Positions 22,662-37,300 of a DNA stretch of 64,000 nt are shown piece by piece. Made by a program: the position numbers and the translations under genes. Below the pieces are notes generated by a model. That model saw nothing but the letters and a program-made list of their open reading frames with translations, had not been told where the DNA came from and made no database searches. Source of the stretch: Gekko japonicus (taxonomy: Eukaryota); assembly GCF_001447785.1 (NCBI RefSeq), contig NW_015165833.1, forward strand, positions 368,382 to 432,381. Direction: 5' to 3'. Each line of letters begins with the position of its first letter. Position 1 is the first letter of the stretch.

Positions 22662-23562
22662 AAATGCTGAAACAGTCAAATGTTTGCAGATCATCTTCCA
22701 TCTCCTGTACTCAGAAAAGTACAGAATTAGGAAGAGACAAGGATGGCGGGGATCTGAACTGCTTTCTTACAAGGAGTTAAAGGAGGGCTGAAATAAAAAC
22801 AATGTGGGGGAGAACTGCTTGAAGCCTTTTTAAAAAGAAGACATCATACCCTGACCTGAATAGCCCAGGCAAGCCTGCTCTTGTCAGATCTCGGAAGCTA
22901 AGCAGGGTACTTAGATGGGAGACTTCTTTGGAATACCAGCAGTTGGGAGGTGGGGGCAGGTTTTATTCAGCCACCTCTCTGAATATCCTCCAAGCCCCCA
23001 GCAGGGGTCAGTCACCAGAGGTTGCAATGATTTCCAGGTGCACACACACTCACATGCACACAGGGAAAAAATACAATAAATAAATAAAAAGAAGACATAT
23101 AAGGATCACAGTCCCTTGTCTATGTGGCAACATGGCGGGGGGGGGGGCAGTTTTCACAGACTATAGCATCTTCCTATGGAAAACGCTATGGATCTCAAAT
23201 CTAATGAGATTCACAGAAGGATCAGCACTGCTTAGTGGTTGGAGTGATAGACTAGGATTTGGGAGACTCTGGTTCAAATCCCTACTCTGCCATGGAAGCT
23301 CAGTGGGTGAGCTCAGGTCAATCACTCTCAGCCTAACCCTGACTCACAGTCCTGTTTTTGTGAGAATATGGTGAGAATAAAATGGAGAAGGGGAAAAGAT
23401 GTTGTAAGCCACTTTGGGTCCCCATTGAGGAGAAAAACTGGGTGTAAAGAGATGAAACTCAGAAGGGGCCATCTCAAGCCAGTCACTCTGTTACCTAATC
23501 TACCTGGTAGGGTAGCTAAACTCTGAGAAGGAGCAGGAGATAGAGCTGCTAGAAGGGTGAGT

Positions 23563-26500
23563 GTTTTTTATTTACTTTCAGCTGAGGTGATTTTAGCTGA
23601 GAGGGTACTGTGTGGGGAGTGTGTGGGGGAGTTGTGAGTTGTTGCAGAGTCCTGGCTGCTTGAGATAGGGTGTGAAAAGGTCATCCTTTGGCTGTAATTG
23701 AATGCCTGGGTGAATTTGAATAGCTGCTGGCCACACCCTCTGCTGGGGGAAGCTTCTATTTTAGGCAGCACCTTGCCAGAGAGCCGAAGGGCTCTTGGCC
23801 TGTGGCTCTTAGCTTAGGGACTCTTAGACTAGGGACTCTGTAAGAAGCCCAGGAAGAGCCAGAATGCCAGAGCCCTAGTCTCCTTGGGTTCCCAGTAAGG
23901 TAAGTAAACTTCTACAAGGAGAACTACATAAATACAAAGGGTTTTAAAAGGGGGATTATATATAATTATTATTTTAAAAGCAATTATGAAGCCAGAATGC
24001 CAGCAGGGGGTTGGGGGCTATACAGTGTTTTGCACGGAGTATCACTATCTGCCCACTTGTCAGAAGTCTTGGGTGTGTGCCCGGTGCAAAGAGTTCCTGG
24101 TTCTTAGGGAACAAGTTTGCTCCCTTGAGGCCAAGGTGGCAGACCTGGAGAAGCAGAGACAGTCAGTTAAGGCACATGGAGAAGACTCTCGAGGACTTGT
24201 TAGATATGTCCCACTCTGAATATGGCAGCCCCGCCACTGTCAGGGAGCATGAGTGTCAAGGGGAAACAGGGCACCATGCTGCGGATAAGGGTAATGTGCC
24301 CTCAGAAGGGACCTCTTCTTCAGCTGGTGAACGGGTATCCTTTGCACCAAGGAACCATCCCTTGGCAGGGAGGGAGGGAGGGGGGCTCTTGGTAGTTGGT
24401 GATTTGATCTTTAGGCAGGTAGACAGCTGGGTGGCAAACCCGCGTACTGACCGTATGGTGACTTGCCTGCCTGGTGTGAAGGTAGCGGACATTATGCGTG
24501 TTGTAAATAGGCTGGTAGATAGTGCTGAGGAGGAGCCAGTGGTCGTGGTACATGTTGGCACCAACGATGTGGGGAAATGCAGTTGTGAAGTCCTGGAGGA
24601 AAAAAATAGGCTGCTAAGCAGGAAACTCAAGGCCAGAACCTCCAAGGTAGCCTTCTCAGAAGTGCTACCTGTTCCACGCACAGGGCTGGAGAGACAGGCA
24701 CAGATCAGGAGTCTCAATGCGTGGATGAGACGATGGTGTAGGGGCGAAGGGTTCAAGTTTGTTAGGCACTGGGATGCTTTTTGGAACAAGAGGGAGCTGT
24801 ACAAAAGAGCTTGTCCAGAGCCTCCACTTGTCCCAAGAAGAAACCAGGCTGTTGGCGCTTAAAATCAAAAAGGTGGTAGAGCAGTTTTTAAACTGAATAC
24901 TGGGGGAAAGCTGACAGGAGATGAAAAGTCTCTGGTTCAGGATGGCTCATCTCAAAGATTACTTTTCTACAAGGAAATGGATTAGAATTGTCCACTGAGA
25001 CTGTGGCTGGCAAGGTCTCGAGGCAGCAAGAGGAAGGTTGTGGGCTTAACATGCATGGAAACTATAGGTGTTTATACACAAATGCTAGAAGTGTCTGAGG
25101 TAAAATCGGGGAATTGGAATGCTTGGTGTTGGGGGGGGGAATAGGCATTGTGGGTATTTCAGAAACTTGGTGGGATTAGGAAAATCAGTGGGATACGGTG
25201 ATTCCTGGTTATAAATTATATCGGAAAGATAGGGGGGGAAGGGTTGGAGGTGGGGTGGCTCTGTATGCCAGAGAGGGTATACAGTCCAATAAGATTGAGA
25301 GGGTAAGAGAATTGGATTCACTTCTGGAAATGTTATGGGTTGAAATAGTGGGCCCAAAAGGAAGCTTAACACTGGGAGTTTGTTACCGCCCACCAGATCA
25401 AAAGATAGAGGAGAATTATAAAATGATGAATGAATTAAAGATAGCAGCTAGATGAAACAATTGTGTCGTAATAGGTGATTTTAACTACCCACATATTGAT
25501 TGGGTCAATATGTGTTCAAGTTGGGGAAAAGAGACTGAGTTTCTAGACACTCTCAATGACTGTGCTATGAAACAGATGGTCACAGAACATACCAGGGGAG
25601 AGGTGATCCTGGATTTGGTCCTAAGTGTTGGAAAATTGGTCAAAAATGCTTAAATTGTTCAGAGTGTCAATGGATCTTGCTTCACTAAATGAGGAGTCTT
25701 TCTTTATGTTTAAAAAAAGACTATTTCTAAGGGTAAAGGGTATACAGGAAAATTACAAATAAAACATCTAAGAGCTATATTTCTGCTGCTTACTTCTCAA
25801 AGCATAATCACACACTTCTCAAACAATGGTGGACAAACACCTTCTCGACCCCTAGAAAGGATGTCACCTGAAAACAGTAACGAATCATTATTTGTAAACA
25901 CACTCAGATTCGCGAGCTTTTTCCACATTGGCTTGTCTGCCAGGTTTTCCTTCCAGGTCAGTCTAGAAAATAGCATAGAAAGGTAAACAAGTTAACCCTA
26001 TAATGGCTGGAATCTGAGACCCTTGCAAACACATACATTTCCAACACTAAGTAACACCCAAGACCTGGTGAGAGATGTAAAAATGATTGCACCACTTGGG
26101 AACAGTGACCATAATGTTATTGAGTTTAACATTTGTATAAATAGGGAGTTGCCCATAAAGACTGACACAACCACTTTTAACTTTAAAAGGGGTAACTTCT
26201 CTGATACGAGGGGACATGTGAGGAGGAAACTGAAATGAAAAGTAGAAAGGGTCAAAACCATTGGGGAAGCTTGGAGACTATTTAAAACAACAATCCTAGA
26301 AGCTCAGAAAAAATATATACCGCAGGTTAGGAAAGGCACAAATAGGTATAGAAAAAAGCCTGCGTGGTTAACAAACAAAGTAATGGAAGCTGTAAAAAGT
26401 AAGAAGGATTCCTTTAAGCAGTGGAAAGCTAGTCTCAGTGAGGTTGATAAAAGGGAATACAGGCTGTGGTAAATAAAATGCAAGTCTGTGATTAGGCAGG

Positions 26501-28660
26501 CAAAAAGGGAATATGAGGAGCATATAGCAAAAAACATAAGGACCAACAATAAAACTTTCTTCAAATACATTAGAAGCAGGAAACCAGCCAGGGAGGCAGT
26601 GGGGCCCTTGGATGACCAAGGGGTAAAAGGGGTACTGAAGAATGATAGGGAAATGGCTGAGAAGCTAAATGCATTTTTTGCCTCTGTCTTCACTGTGGAA
26701 GATGAGAAGTGCTTGCCCACTCCAGAACCACTGATTTCGAGAGCGGTGTTGAAAGACCTGAGTCAGATTGAGGTGACAAGAGAGGAGGTCCTACGACTGA
26801 TAGACAACTTAAAAACTGATAAATCACCAGGCCCAGATGGCGTACATCCGAGAGTTCAGAAAGAACTCAAATGTGAACTTGTGGATCTCCTGACAAAAAT
26901 ATGTAATATTTCACTAAAATCTGTCTCCATTCCTAAGGACTGGAAGGTAGCTAATGTCACTCCCATCTTTAAAAAGGGTTCCAGAGGAGATCCGGGAAAT
27001 TACAGGCCAGTCAGTCTGATGTCAATATCGGGTAAAATGGTGGAAACTCTTAATTAAGGAAAGAATTAGTAAGCACATTGATGAACAAAAACTATTGAGG
27101 CAGACTCAGCATGGGTTCTGTAAGGGAAGATCTTGTCTCACTAACCTATTAGTGTTTTTTGAGGGAGTAAACAAACATGTGGACAAGGGGGACCCAACAG
27201 ATGTTGTTTACCTTGATTTCCAGAAAGCTTTTGATAAAGTTCCTCTTCAAAGGCTTCTAAGTAAGCTCAATAGTCACAGGATAAAAGGACAAGTTCTCTT
27301 GTGGATCAAAAACTGGCTAATTAATAGGAAACAGAGTATAAATGGGAAATTTTCTCAGTGAAGGGTGGTAAGCAGTGGGGTACTGCAGGGATCAGTACTC
27401 GGTCCAATGCTTTTTAACTTGTTTATTAATGATTTGGAGTTGGGAGTAAGCAGTGGCTAAATTTGCAGATTTTATTTATTTATTTATTTATTTATTTATT
27501 GTATTTATATCCCGCCCTCCCTGAAGTTGTTCAGGGTGGTGAGAACCAGGGAGGATTGTGAGGCACTCCAGGGATCTGTCGAGGATGGGTGAGTGGGCAT
27601 CAACGTGGCAAATGGGGTTCAGTGTGGCCAAGTGCAAAGTGATGCACATTGGAGCAAAAAATCCTAACTATAAATACAGGTTGATGGGGTCCGAACTGGC
27701 AGAGACTGACCAAGAGGGAGATCTTGGAGTCGTAGTAGATAACTCACTGAGTTATGTCAAGTCAGTGTGTGACTGCAATAAAAAGGCCAACACTATGCTG
27801 GGGATTATTAGGAAAGGAATTGAAAACAAATCAGCCAGTATCATAATGCCCCTGTATAAATCGATGGTGCAATCTCATTTGGAATACTGTGCACAGTTCC
27901 AGTCACCACACCTCAAAAAGGATATAGCATTGGGAAAAGTGCAGAAAGGGGCAACTAGAATGATAAAAGAGTTTGAACACTTTCTGCCCCTGTATAAATC
28001 AATGGTGCAACCTCCTTTGGAGTACTGTGTACAGTTCTGGTCACCACATCTCAAAAGGGATATTATAGCATTGGGAAAAGTGCAGAAGAGGACAACTAGA
28101 ATGATAAAAGGGTTGGAACACTTTCCCTATGAAGAAAGGTTAAAGCGCTTGGGGCTCTTTAGCTTGGAGAAACGAAGGATGAGGGGTGACATGATCGAGG
28201 TTTATAAGATTATGCATGGGATAGAGCAGGAAGTGAAAGAAGTACTTTTCTCCCTTTCTCACAATACAAGAACTCGCGGGCACTCAATGAAATTTCTGAG
28301 CAGTCGGGTTAGAACAAATAAAAGGAAGTACTTCTTCACCTAAAGAGTGATAAACTCATGGAATTCACTGCCACAGGAGGTGGCGGCAGCTACAAGCATG
28401 GACAGCTTCAATAGGATATGGAGCAGAGATCCATTGGTGGCTATTAGCCACAAGGTATAGATAGGAACTCTCGGTCTGGGGCAAATGATGCTTTGTATTC
28501 TTGGTGCTTGGAGGGGGCAACAGTGGGAGGGCTTCTAGTGTCCTGGCCCCACTGGTGGACCTCCTGATGGCACCTGGTATTTTTTGGCCACTGTGTGACA
28601 GAGTGTTGGACTAGATGGGCCATCGGCCTGATACAACATTGACTTCTCTTCTGTTCTTAT
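23563..28660 (+). mobile_element. Near full-length decayed CR1 LINE
   Basis: ORF1 from 23986 (Cys motif, leucine zipper, then SGNH esterase VVVHVGTND after a frameshift); ORF2 endonuclease (GYKLYRKDR, SDHNVIEF) and RT (PGPDG, NYRPVSL, YLDFQKAFDKV) broken by stops/frameshifts; TTCTTATG tail; possible GTGAGT TSD. Confidence 0.93.
25626..26046. mobile_element. Solo LTR inserted in the CR1 endonuclease region
   Basis: TGTTGGAAA...TTTCCAACA termini, perfect 5-bp TSD CTAAG (25621-25625, 26047-26051); CR1 sequence resumes after it. Confidence 0.85.
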
Positions 28661-29949
28661 GTGAGTCAAGCCAAGAGCCAGTTTGGCCACCTAGCTAGGA
28701 ATTTCCAGGCTCACTCCTTTTCACAGCCACGGGGGCTTGGCAGTGTCAGGAAAGACCAACCAGATCATCTACCTGGTGCCACTGGGGGGTAGGAGGTGTG
28801 TTGCTGCCTCAGTTCCAAAACTGCACAAGGATCCTGCGGACTCATCGCTCCACAAAGGGCTGCCAGGCCCATCATCCACTTTGCACATAAGTAAACACTG
28901 CACCACAATCTCTTTCAGAGGAGATTCCATTGCGGCACAATGATAAATGAGCAGCATACCAGGCCGCAAGCCTTTCGAGTTCAGCCTTTGAACTACAGAG
29001 AAATTATGATGAATGAAAAACTGATGGCTCTCTCCCCAGCTCATGCTGGAGCCTCTCCCTGCTGGGATGGAAAGATAAGTAGTCAACCTCAGCAGCGGGC
29101 CCTGACCCTTCCAAATTCTCAGCCAGCACCTCTGCTTGTGTACAGGCTTCAATCACCAAAAGCCTGGCTGGCAAACTGCTGGAATGAGAATCTGAGATAA
29201 GGATTGCCTCTGGCACTTCTGGTGCAGAAGAGCAAGCTGGCTTTGCAAGGTCAGGACACCAGTACTAACATGAAGTGGATCAGCACACCTATTGACAGTC
29301 AGGAGAGAAGAGTCCACACAGGGCAGGTGTGAAAAAGGCAAGAGAAAGCAGTGGCACTGTCTGGTACAACTCCCGTAAGTCAAGTGGAAATGTGAAATCT
29401 CCCCCCCCCCCCCCGCTCCTTCTCCGTCCATTTTCTTAGGAACCCTGTTTTATGCTCCTGGGGGGCATCAGAATACTACACCCAACATTTTGTGTTTAGA
29501 AACCACCTTGACTTTTTTTTAAAAAAACAAAAAACCCCTTGAATAAATAAATAAAAGTAGCTCCTTTCTCCCCTTTTCAGGCATTCCAGCAACAACCAAA
29601 ATGGAAGAGGCACATAGCTGACCATTCAGGGCATCCCAGAGTCCTCCTTCAACCTGGGACAGATCCTTCTATTGCATTTCTTGTCTACAACACACAATAC
29701 AAAAGCAAAATCAGACTCAAGTTTATTCACCAGGATTATGGCTAAACATGCAGGTAAAGCAGGGAGAGAGTTGACAAAGAGAACTTTCTCTCCTTCTCCC
29801 AAAATACTGGAACTTTAGGGTATCCATTGAAAGTGATGGGCAGTACATTCAAGACAGACAAAAGGAAATACTTCTTTACACAGCAAGTGATTAAAATGTG
29901 GAATTTGCTGCCACAGGCATAGACAGCTTGAAGGAGGAGAAGGGGATTG

Positions 29950-30515
29950 GATTTATGGCCAGGGTCCGGGTTACCTGAGGGACCACCTTTCCCCATTTGT
30001 GCCCCAGAGAGCACTACTGTCTGGGGCCCAACAACGTCTATCTATCCCGGGCCCCAAGGAGGCGAGACTTGCAGTTACCAGGGCCAGGGTGTTTTCGGTG
30101 GCGGCTCCTTACTGGTGGAACGAGCTCCCAGACGAGATCAGGGCCCTGGCGGGACCTCTCACAGTTCCGCAGGGCCTGCAAGACGGAGCTCTTCCACCAG
30201 GCTTTCAAATAGGAGCCGCCACCACAGTTACCATCAATCTGGAACATCGGACTGGCCCGCTCTGAGCCTCACTGGCGAACATCTGAACCGTGAGACTGAT
30301 TTTAAGATCTGAAGACAGAAGGAACGCAGATACAATGCCATTCATCTTAAGGTTACTTTGCTGTAGCGAGCACTTTATTGTTAAGATTGTTTTTTAAGGG
30401 ATTTTAATATTTTATTGTTTTATTTGTATCGGCCTGTCGGACGTCTCCTGTAAGCCACCCAGAGCCTGTTCACAGGGTGGGTGGGGTATAAATGTAAATG
30501 TAAATAAATCAATCA
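29950..30515 (+). mobile_element. L2-like LINE 3' end nested among CR1 3' fragments (29740-29950, 31195-31400)
   Basis: RARVFSVAAPYWWNELPDEIR ORF2 C-terminus; TAAA-type simple-repeat tail. Confidence 0.65.
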
Positions 30516-32184
30516 AGGAGAACAGATCCCAAGCAAAAGGCCACTGTGGCCAGGAAGGCCCGGAGTCTGTTCCCACTGACCAGTCACCTAACCACTGGAA
30601 GAAATCATTAATTCACAACCAGAATCAGAGGGAAATCAAATTCTAGTCTGAAAGGAGCAGGACAAGAATGACAGGAACTGACAAGAAAGACCGGAACGGA
30701 CAGGAACAGAAAACTGGGATACACTCATGAGAGTCTGGAACCAAGTGAGACAAAGGTCCATAAAATGGCCAGTACATCCTGAAGGATAGGCTGGGATAAT
30801 GTCCTGCCAAGGCCATTCCAACAGATAGAGGAAGTAAAAGCCACCAACATGACATAGATCACCCAGAATTGGTACTACCACTGTTACTACAATAATCCAT
30901 GTTGCTATCATTACTCAGGTGTCGCCAACTGGCACCTTGGGGGTAGGGACAAAGGATCCCGCCCTTCCCTTGGAGTCTCAGAGCGGCTTACAAACTTCTT
31001 TCCCTTCCCCTCCCCACAACAGACACCCTGTGAAGTAGGTGAGGCTGAGAGAGCTTTTTCAAGAACTGCTCTTTCAAGAAGAGCTCTGACAGAACTACGG
31101 CTTGCCAAAGGTCATCCAGCAGCTGCAATTGGAGAAGTGGGGAATCAAACCCGGTTCTCCCAGATTAGAGTCCGCGCACTTAACCACTACACCAAGATTA
31201 ATGGAGGATCGGGCAATTGGTGGCTGCAAGACGTGGTGACTAAAGGGAATCTCCATGTTCAGAGGTAGTAAACATCTGAATCACAGTGCCAGGAGACAAC
31301 ATCAGGGGAAGCTCCAGAGGCCCTGGTTGGCCACTCCATGAGACAGGATGCTGGACTAGATGGACCACTAGTCTGGTCCAGCAAAGCTCTTATGTTCTTA
31401 GAGAAACAGCAGTGACTATAAAAATATATATTGTGTAGCACTTGACACCTGACACTCGCTTCAGCATAACCTGCCCAGAGGTTTAGCCCATCATCCCACC
31501 ACTGCTCCCCCCCCAACATTGATGGATGGAAAGGATTAGCTTTCTCCTTCCCCATTTCATATAAATCCCAACTTTTACCCACTCTGCTGGCAAGCCAGGG
31601 TTAACACACTCTCACACAGCCTCCCAATAATAATTTACTAGCCTTCTGCCTCCATAGCAACAAGAGGGAATGTATATACCTTGCTCACTTATGTTTACAT
31701 TAAAATGAATTTTCACTCAGAAGAAATCTCAGTTTATACATTGAGAGGGCCAAGGGCTTCTTTTCTCAGTGGCCTCAGCCAAGGGGCACAGGAGAAACAT
31801 AACCCTCCCCCCACACACACAAAAAAAGAAGAGACAGCAGCAACTCCTTTTAAGTATCAAAAATCACAGCTATGTACAAGCAATCGCCCAATGAATCACT
31901 CTGACGGTATTTATAGGCAGAATAAATATATGGGGCCATACAAACACCACCACCCCCGGGTTACAGAGAAGCAGCCCACAGCCTGCTGTCAGGACCAAGA
32001 GGGGGAAAGGGGAAGAGAGCCTTTGGCTGGAGGCACACATTCATCTCTACGAGAGCTGGCAGTGGTTTGAGCTTTACTTCCAGGGTATGCACACACATTG
32101 CTTTTCCACTGGTTCTTACCCCCAATCAAGTCACAGCTGACTTACAGCGACCTCATAGGGTTTTCAAGGCAAGAGACGTTCAGA

Positions 32185-32692
32185 GGCCCCGGTCACACAG
32201 CCGGATAGGGGGGGGGGGAGAGAGAGAGGCATGGCTGGTTGCAACTACCGCGCGGCAGCTGGAGCAAACGTCCCGCCCGATGTCCCGTGGTTGGGGGGAG
32301 GTGCCGATCATACCTCACTCTGCGGCGTGGCAAAGAAGCGGCGCCGCGGGGGTTGTGTTTGTTTTTTTAACCCAAGTGTTCGTGTGCGCCGTTGGGTGCT
32401 TGTGCGCACCCATGGAGACTTGACAAAAAAAAAGGTTTTGCAGCAGGACATGGGCGGGCGCCGGATGCCATGAACTAACACCGGAAATGTGATCTGACAC
32501 CCGCCCTTGCCCCGCAGTTTCTGGAAACTAGTACCTCGGAGGTACTAGTTTTTTACAGCACATCTTTGGAGTGAAGCCTCGGGTGAGTCACGGGAGCTCT
32601 ACGCTTCCCAGATGTGGCGGTGAGATTGCGCCCGGAAAATCCGCCTATCTTCCGTCTCTCTAGCGTGCCTAATGCTCCGTGTGACCGGGGCC
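32185..32692. mobile_element. PIF/Harbinger-type MITE inserted in a 5S-derived SINE
   Basis: Perfect TIR GGCCCCGGTCACAC/GTGTGACCGGGGCC, 3-bp TSD AGA; the SINE resumes on both sides. Confidence 0.8.
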
Positions 32693-34295
32693 AGAGATGG
32701 TTTGCTGTTGCCTGCCTCTGTGTAGCAACCCTGCTATTCCTTGGTGGTCTCCCATCCAAATACTGACCAGGGCCACCCCTGCTTTGCATGGCAAATAATA
32801 CAAGCTCCTGTTCTCAGACACAAAAGTGGGTAAGTGAGCATACATCAGAACCAGCGACACCTCTTACAAACTGCCCTCAGCTCCATCTCCAATGTCTTCT
32901 TTTGAGAGAACAGGGTGTGGGCAGACTTGCTCCTTATCTCGCAAGCACCAGCAAGATCAGTGGGCAGGGGTGGTGGCTCAGGCTCATGGGTTGTTTGTTG
33001 TATTCCAGCAGGCTCCAGCTTCCCTGGCCTTTTGCTGTGCCTAAACAAACCTCCAGAGATTCACTCTGAATTCCGTTTCCCATGTTACTTCCTAACAGTT
33101 GCTCAGTCTTGGGGTTGTGAAAAGAGCAACCAGACCGAGACAGGTGGCACAAGACCACAGCATTCTGCTCCAGCACTCTGTAACAGGGTAACTCAGTCCA
33201 GAGTGGGGCAAATCAACTGGGAATTCACAAGCACACTTCGATGACTGGGTAGAAAAGAAGGTAGTGACAGAACACAAAGAATGAAAGTACCCAGCACACA
33301 CAAGAAGCAATCTCTGCAATCAAGAGGCATGCAAGAGTGTGCATTTCCACATTCCTATTCCCTATTACCAAGCTTCCTTTGCAACCAAGAGTGGGGGCTT
33401 AGCCGCTCCCAGTTAGTTTACCATTCACCACGCGAATCTGGAGTGAATTATGTGGTTATGGAGTAGAATGCGGTGGGCTCTGGTGCCCCATAGTTCAACC
33501 CGGAGTTTTTTCTGAGCCGCCCCAGTGATCAGTTACTGCTGGGAAATCATTTCCATTTGCTGAGGGAAGGAACGAAGAGGAAGAAGGAAATCAAAATGTT
33601 TTGAAGAGCAGGCAGAAGGCAGCAGGCCCACCAGTTGTAGACCAAGGAAACTCCTCCTCAGAGTTCTTGGGAGCCCAGGTGGTGCTTTTACCCTGTCTGC
33701 AGTGGGCCCGAGACCTCCCAAATTAGGGTTATCAACCTCCAGGTGGGACCTGGAGATCTTCCGGAATTATAACACCAGATGACAGAGATCAGTTCCCCCT
33801 GAAGAAAATGGCTGGTTTGGAGGGTGAAGTTTATGGTAGCCGTGTTGGTCTGAAGCCGTAGAACAAAGTTTGAGTCCAGTGGCGCTTTTTTATTCGAGGT
33901 ATGAGCTATCTGAGGAAGCGCGCTTGCACACGAACGCTCATACTCTGCATAAAACTTTGTCTTAAAGGTGCCACTGGACTCAAACTTTGTTCTATGGCAT
34001 CATATCCCGTTGGGGTCCCTCCTTTCCCCAAACCCCATCCTCTCCAGACTCTACCCCCAAATCGCCAGGAATTTCCCCACCCGGAGTAGACAACCCTCAG
34101 AGAACGCGTGACCCTCCCTCGCCCTGCAAGGCGCTTCCTTTCGCGGCGTCGCCGTGGCGTCACGGCCAGCGGCCGAGTGAAGAGGGACGTCTCGAAGGAA
34201 ATGCGTCATCGCGTCGCAGGAAGTCCCTGGGTCGTTCTTTCCGGACTCTCTGCCGGCTGTGGCTGCACGATCTGTGGAGAGCCGGGGCCGTCATC

Positions 34296-34359
34296 ATGGT
34301 GAAGCCGCGCTTCAAGGGCCGCGCCAGCCTCAACCCCTCGCGGGCCAGCACCAACCCCG
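34296..34359 (+). CDS. GNL2: GNL2 exon 1
   Basis: ATG in CpG island; [21 protein letters not shown]; donor G|GTAGGC. Confidence 0.95.
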
Positions 34360-37300
34360 GTAGGCAGAGGCCCCAGGCCGCCTCGTCTCGCCTGCCTCAG
34401 GGCGGAAGGCACGTCGGCGGTCTGCCTCATGATGATGACCCTCCTCTTTCTTTCACCCCCAGATCGGCCGGCGGAGGCGGCGGGCGGCAACATGCGGGAC
34501 CGGGCAACCATCCGGCGGCTTAACATGTACCGGCAGAAGGAGCGCAGGTGAGAGCGGAGGGAGCGACGTGCCCGACCCTCCACAAGCCCTGGGGCCCTTC
34601 CTGCTCCAGCAGGCGCGTGTTCGGGATCCACAGCAGCTGACGTCGACGGCCTTTTTGGTGGCTTCGGGCACTCGCACCCGGGAATGTGCGGTCCGAAAGG
34701 CTGTGATCGGTCAGACTCTCAGGCTTCAGGCAGGAGGACTGGGTAGTGAGGCTTGGCCCTCCTCTCGCTTGCTGCGCGGCTCGCAGCCCAAATTGGATGA
34801 GAATGCTATGATTCTATACACTTGGCAGGGATGCTTTAGCCTAGTCCTGCATTGAGCTGGGGAGTTGAACTAGATGGTCTATATGGCCCCTTCCAGCTCT
34901 GTGATTCTCTGAGATGTTGATGCACAAGCGCAAAAACCCTCAGGCGAGGCCTTTTGCCTTGGACAGGGTCGGATTGAACTGGAGCCTTTGCAGGCAAAGG
35001 CAAGAGGATAGGCAGTGTTTATTTTGCTTGAGCAAATGATTCTATTTGTGATTCTTTTTATGGCTTGATCCACTATTGGAAAGGAGTTTTTCTCCTGCCT
35101 TGCCAAGATGCAGTTCTTGCTCCTCCTAGGATACTGGTCTCCATGCTTCCCTCAGGAGCGTGACCACGGCTGTGCCCTGTTCTATTTCCTTTTTTAAAAA
35201 AAACATATTTTATTAGGATATGGTAAACACAAGTCAATATATATCAAACATTTTTATACCCATATATCCTACCCTCCTACCCTTCCCCCCCCCCTTTTCG
35301 GCTTTCCACAGTGCTCCAACCTCCTGCTCAGTTCTTAAATCCTCTTAACCTCCTTTTAAATCTATTACACAAATCTATAGGTAACTTACCCTTCCCTAAT
35401 TTGGTTATACATCTTAATCCATTTTACAATATCTATTACCTTTCAGTAGTTATCAAAACTAAATAAACCGTCCCTTACATCCCAGTTGTTTTCCAAATAG
35501 TCTTTAAAATCTTTCCAGTCCGCAAAAAAATCCTCTTCTTCCAAATTATTAAGTTTCCTTGTCAATGTGTCCATTTCAACCATAAAAAGTAATTTCTTAA
35601 TCCAGTCCCCAACCTCAGGCACTTTATCTTGTTTCCAACATTGAGCATATGTCATTCTGGCCGTTGTAATCATATACCACATCAAAGTCCTTTTTGCCAC
35701 GTTAACTTCTTCCATTTTAAGTCCCAAAAGTAATATTTCCGGTTCTTTTTTGAATTTACATTTTACAATTTTTTCCATTTCTTCATGTATCTCTGCCCAA
35801 TACTTTTTAGCTTTTTCACATGTCCACCAGCCTTCTGTTTTTTTACATTTCCAACATTTACTTGACATATTACTATTCATATTAGCAATCTTTTTTGGTG
35901 TCATATACCATCTGTACATCATCTTAAAACAATTTTCTTTTAAGTTATTACACGTAGGTATTTTTATCGCAGTTTTCCATAAAAATTCCCAATAATTTTT
36001 TTCTTTGTTCATATTAACTGCCCATTTTAACATTTGTTCTTTAACTTTCTCATCTTCTGTATAATCTCAATTTCATTATTTTTCTGCCTAAACCCAAAGG
36101 CTTTTTTAATCTTTTAAACAAGTCATTAATCTGTCTATATTGAAACCATCCATATTTAAATACCAAGTCATCCTCCATTTTCATTTCAAATATTTTACCC
36201 ACTGGTTTCAACATGTCTCTATACTGTACCCAGTATTCTCCCTTATATATCGAAAAAGGTTTTATAACCTCTGCCGGTACTATCCAAAGAGGCCTTTCAT
36301 CTGAGAAAAACCTTCTATATTTAGTCCATGTATCAAACAGATTTTTTCTAATATAATGATGTTTTAAAAAACCATCCATTTTCACTTTTTCATACCATAA
36401 ATAGGCATGCCAACCATATTTACAATCATGTCCTCCTAACGCCAAAAGTTTCTTATTGTCTAACAGAATCCACTGTTGTAACCAAGTTAAACAGACCGCT
36501 TCATGATATAGTCTAAAGTTTGTTAACTGGAATCCACCTCTTTCTTTCGCATCACACAAAATCTTCATTTTAATCCGTGGTTTTCTCCCAGCCCAAACAA
36601 ACTTTGAAATTTCTCTTTGCCACATATTGAATACCTTCAAATTTCTTACTATTGAAATTGTCTGGAATAAAAACATTAGTCGAGGCAAAATGTTCATTTT
36701 AACCACAGAGATTCTTCCCAACAGTGACAAATTCAAAGTATTCCATTTCTTGATATCCTGTTGTATTTTACGCCAGTTTGTCATAATTATTCTTATAAAG
36801 ATCTATGTTTTTCATTGTCAGTTCAATACCTAAATACTTAGTCTTTTTCACCACTTCACAGTGCACCAACTTCTGTATCTTTTCTTGTTTTTTTCCAATC
36901 ATGTTCTTACACATCACCTTAGATTTGTCCTTATTTACATAGAAGCCTGCAAGGTCTCCGAACTCCTTTATTCTCTCCATTAACAATGGCAAATTCCGTA
37001 TAGGATCTTCAACCATAAACATCACACCCTGTTCTGTTTCTGAGTTGCCCTTGAGGGTAACTAAAGTGTAACTCCATCCTTGCACTGTAAAGCTTGGGAT
37101 GCTACTGAAGGCATTCAAGAAACCTAAATCTTGTGGAGGTGTTTTGTTGGGGTTTTTTTGCTGTTACTGAGTGGGCTCAGTATCTGATTGAAATCTTTAA
37201 AACTGATTAGGGGCTCTGGGACTTTCTAGGATTCTGATCAAAAGTCCTGATGATTCTCTGAGGCTGCAGCTGTCTCTGGATGATTTTTCTGCTTCAGTTG

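Larger units (their letters stand above)
34080..34720. promoter_or_regulatory. CpG island / GNL2 promoter
   Basis: GC- and CpG-rich stretch over exons 1-2; ETS-type CAGGAAGT near 34217. Confidence 0.75.

Noticed and set aside
24011-24862. 283-aa ORF as a host esterase gene
   Set aside because: It is frameshifted CR1 ORF1 followed by a broken ORF2.
33987-34855. Several long ORFs around the GNL2 start
   Set aside because: CpG-island artefacts crossing exon-intron boundaries.
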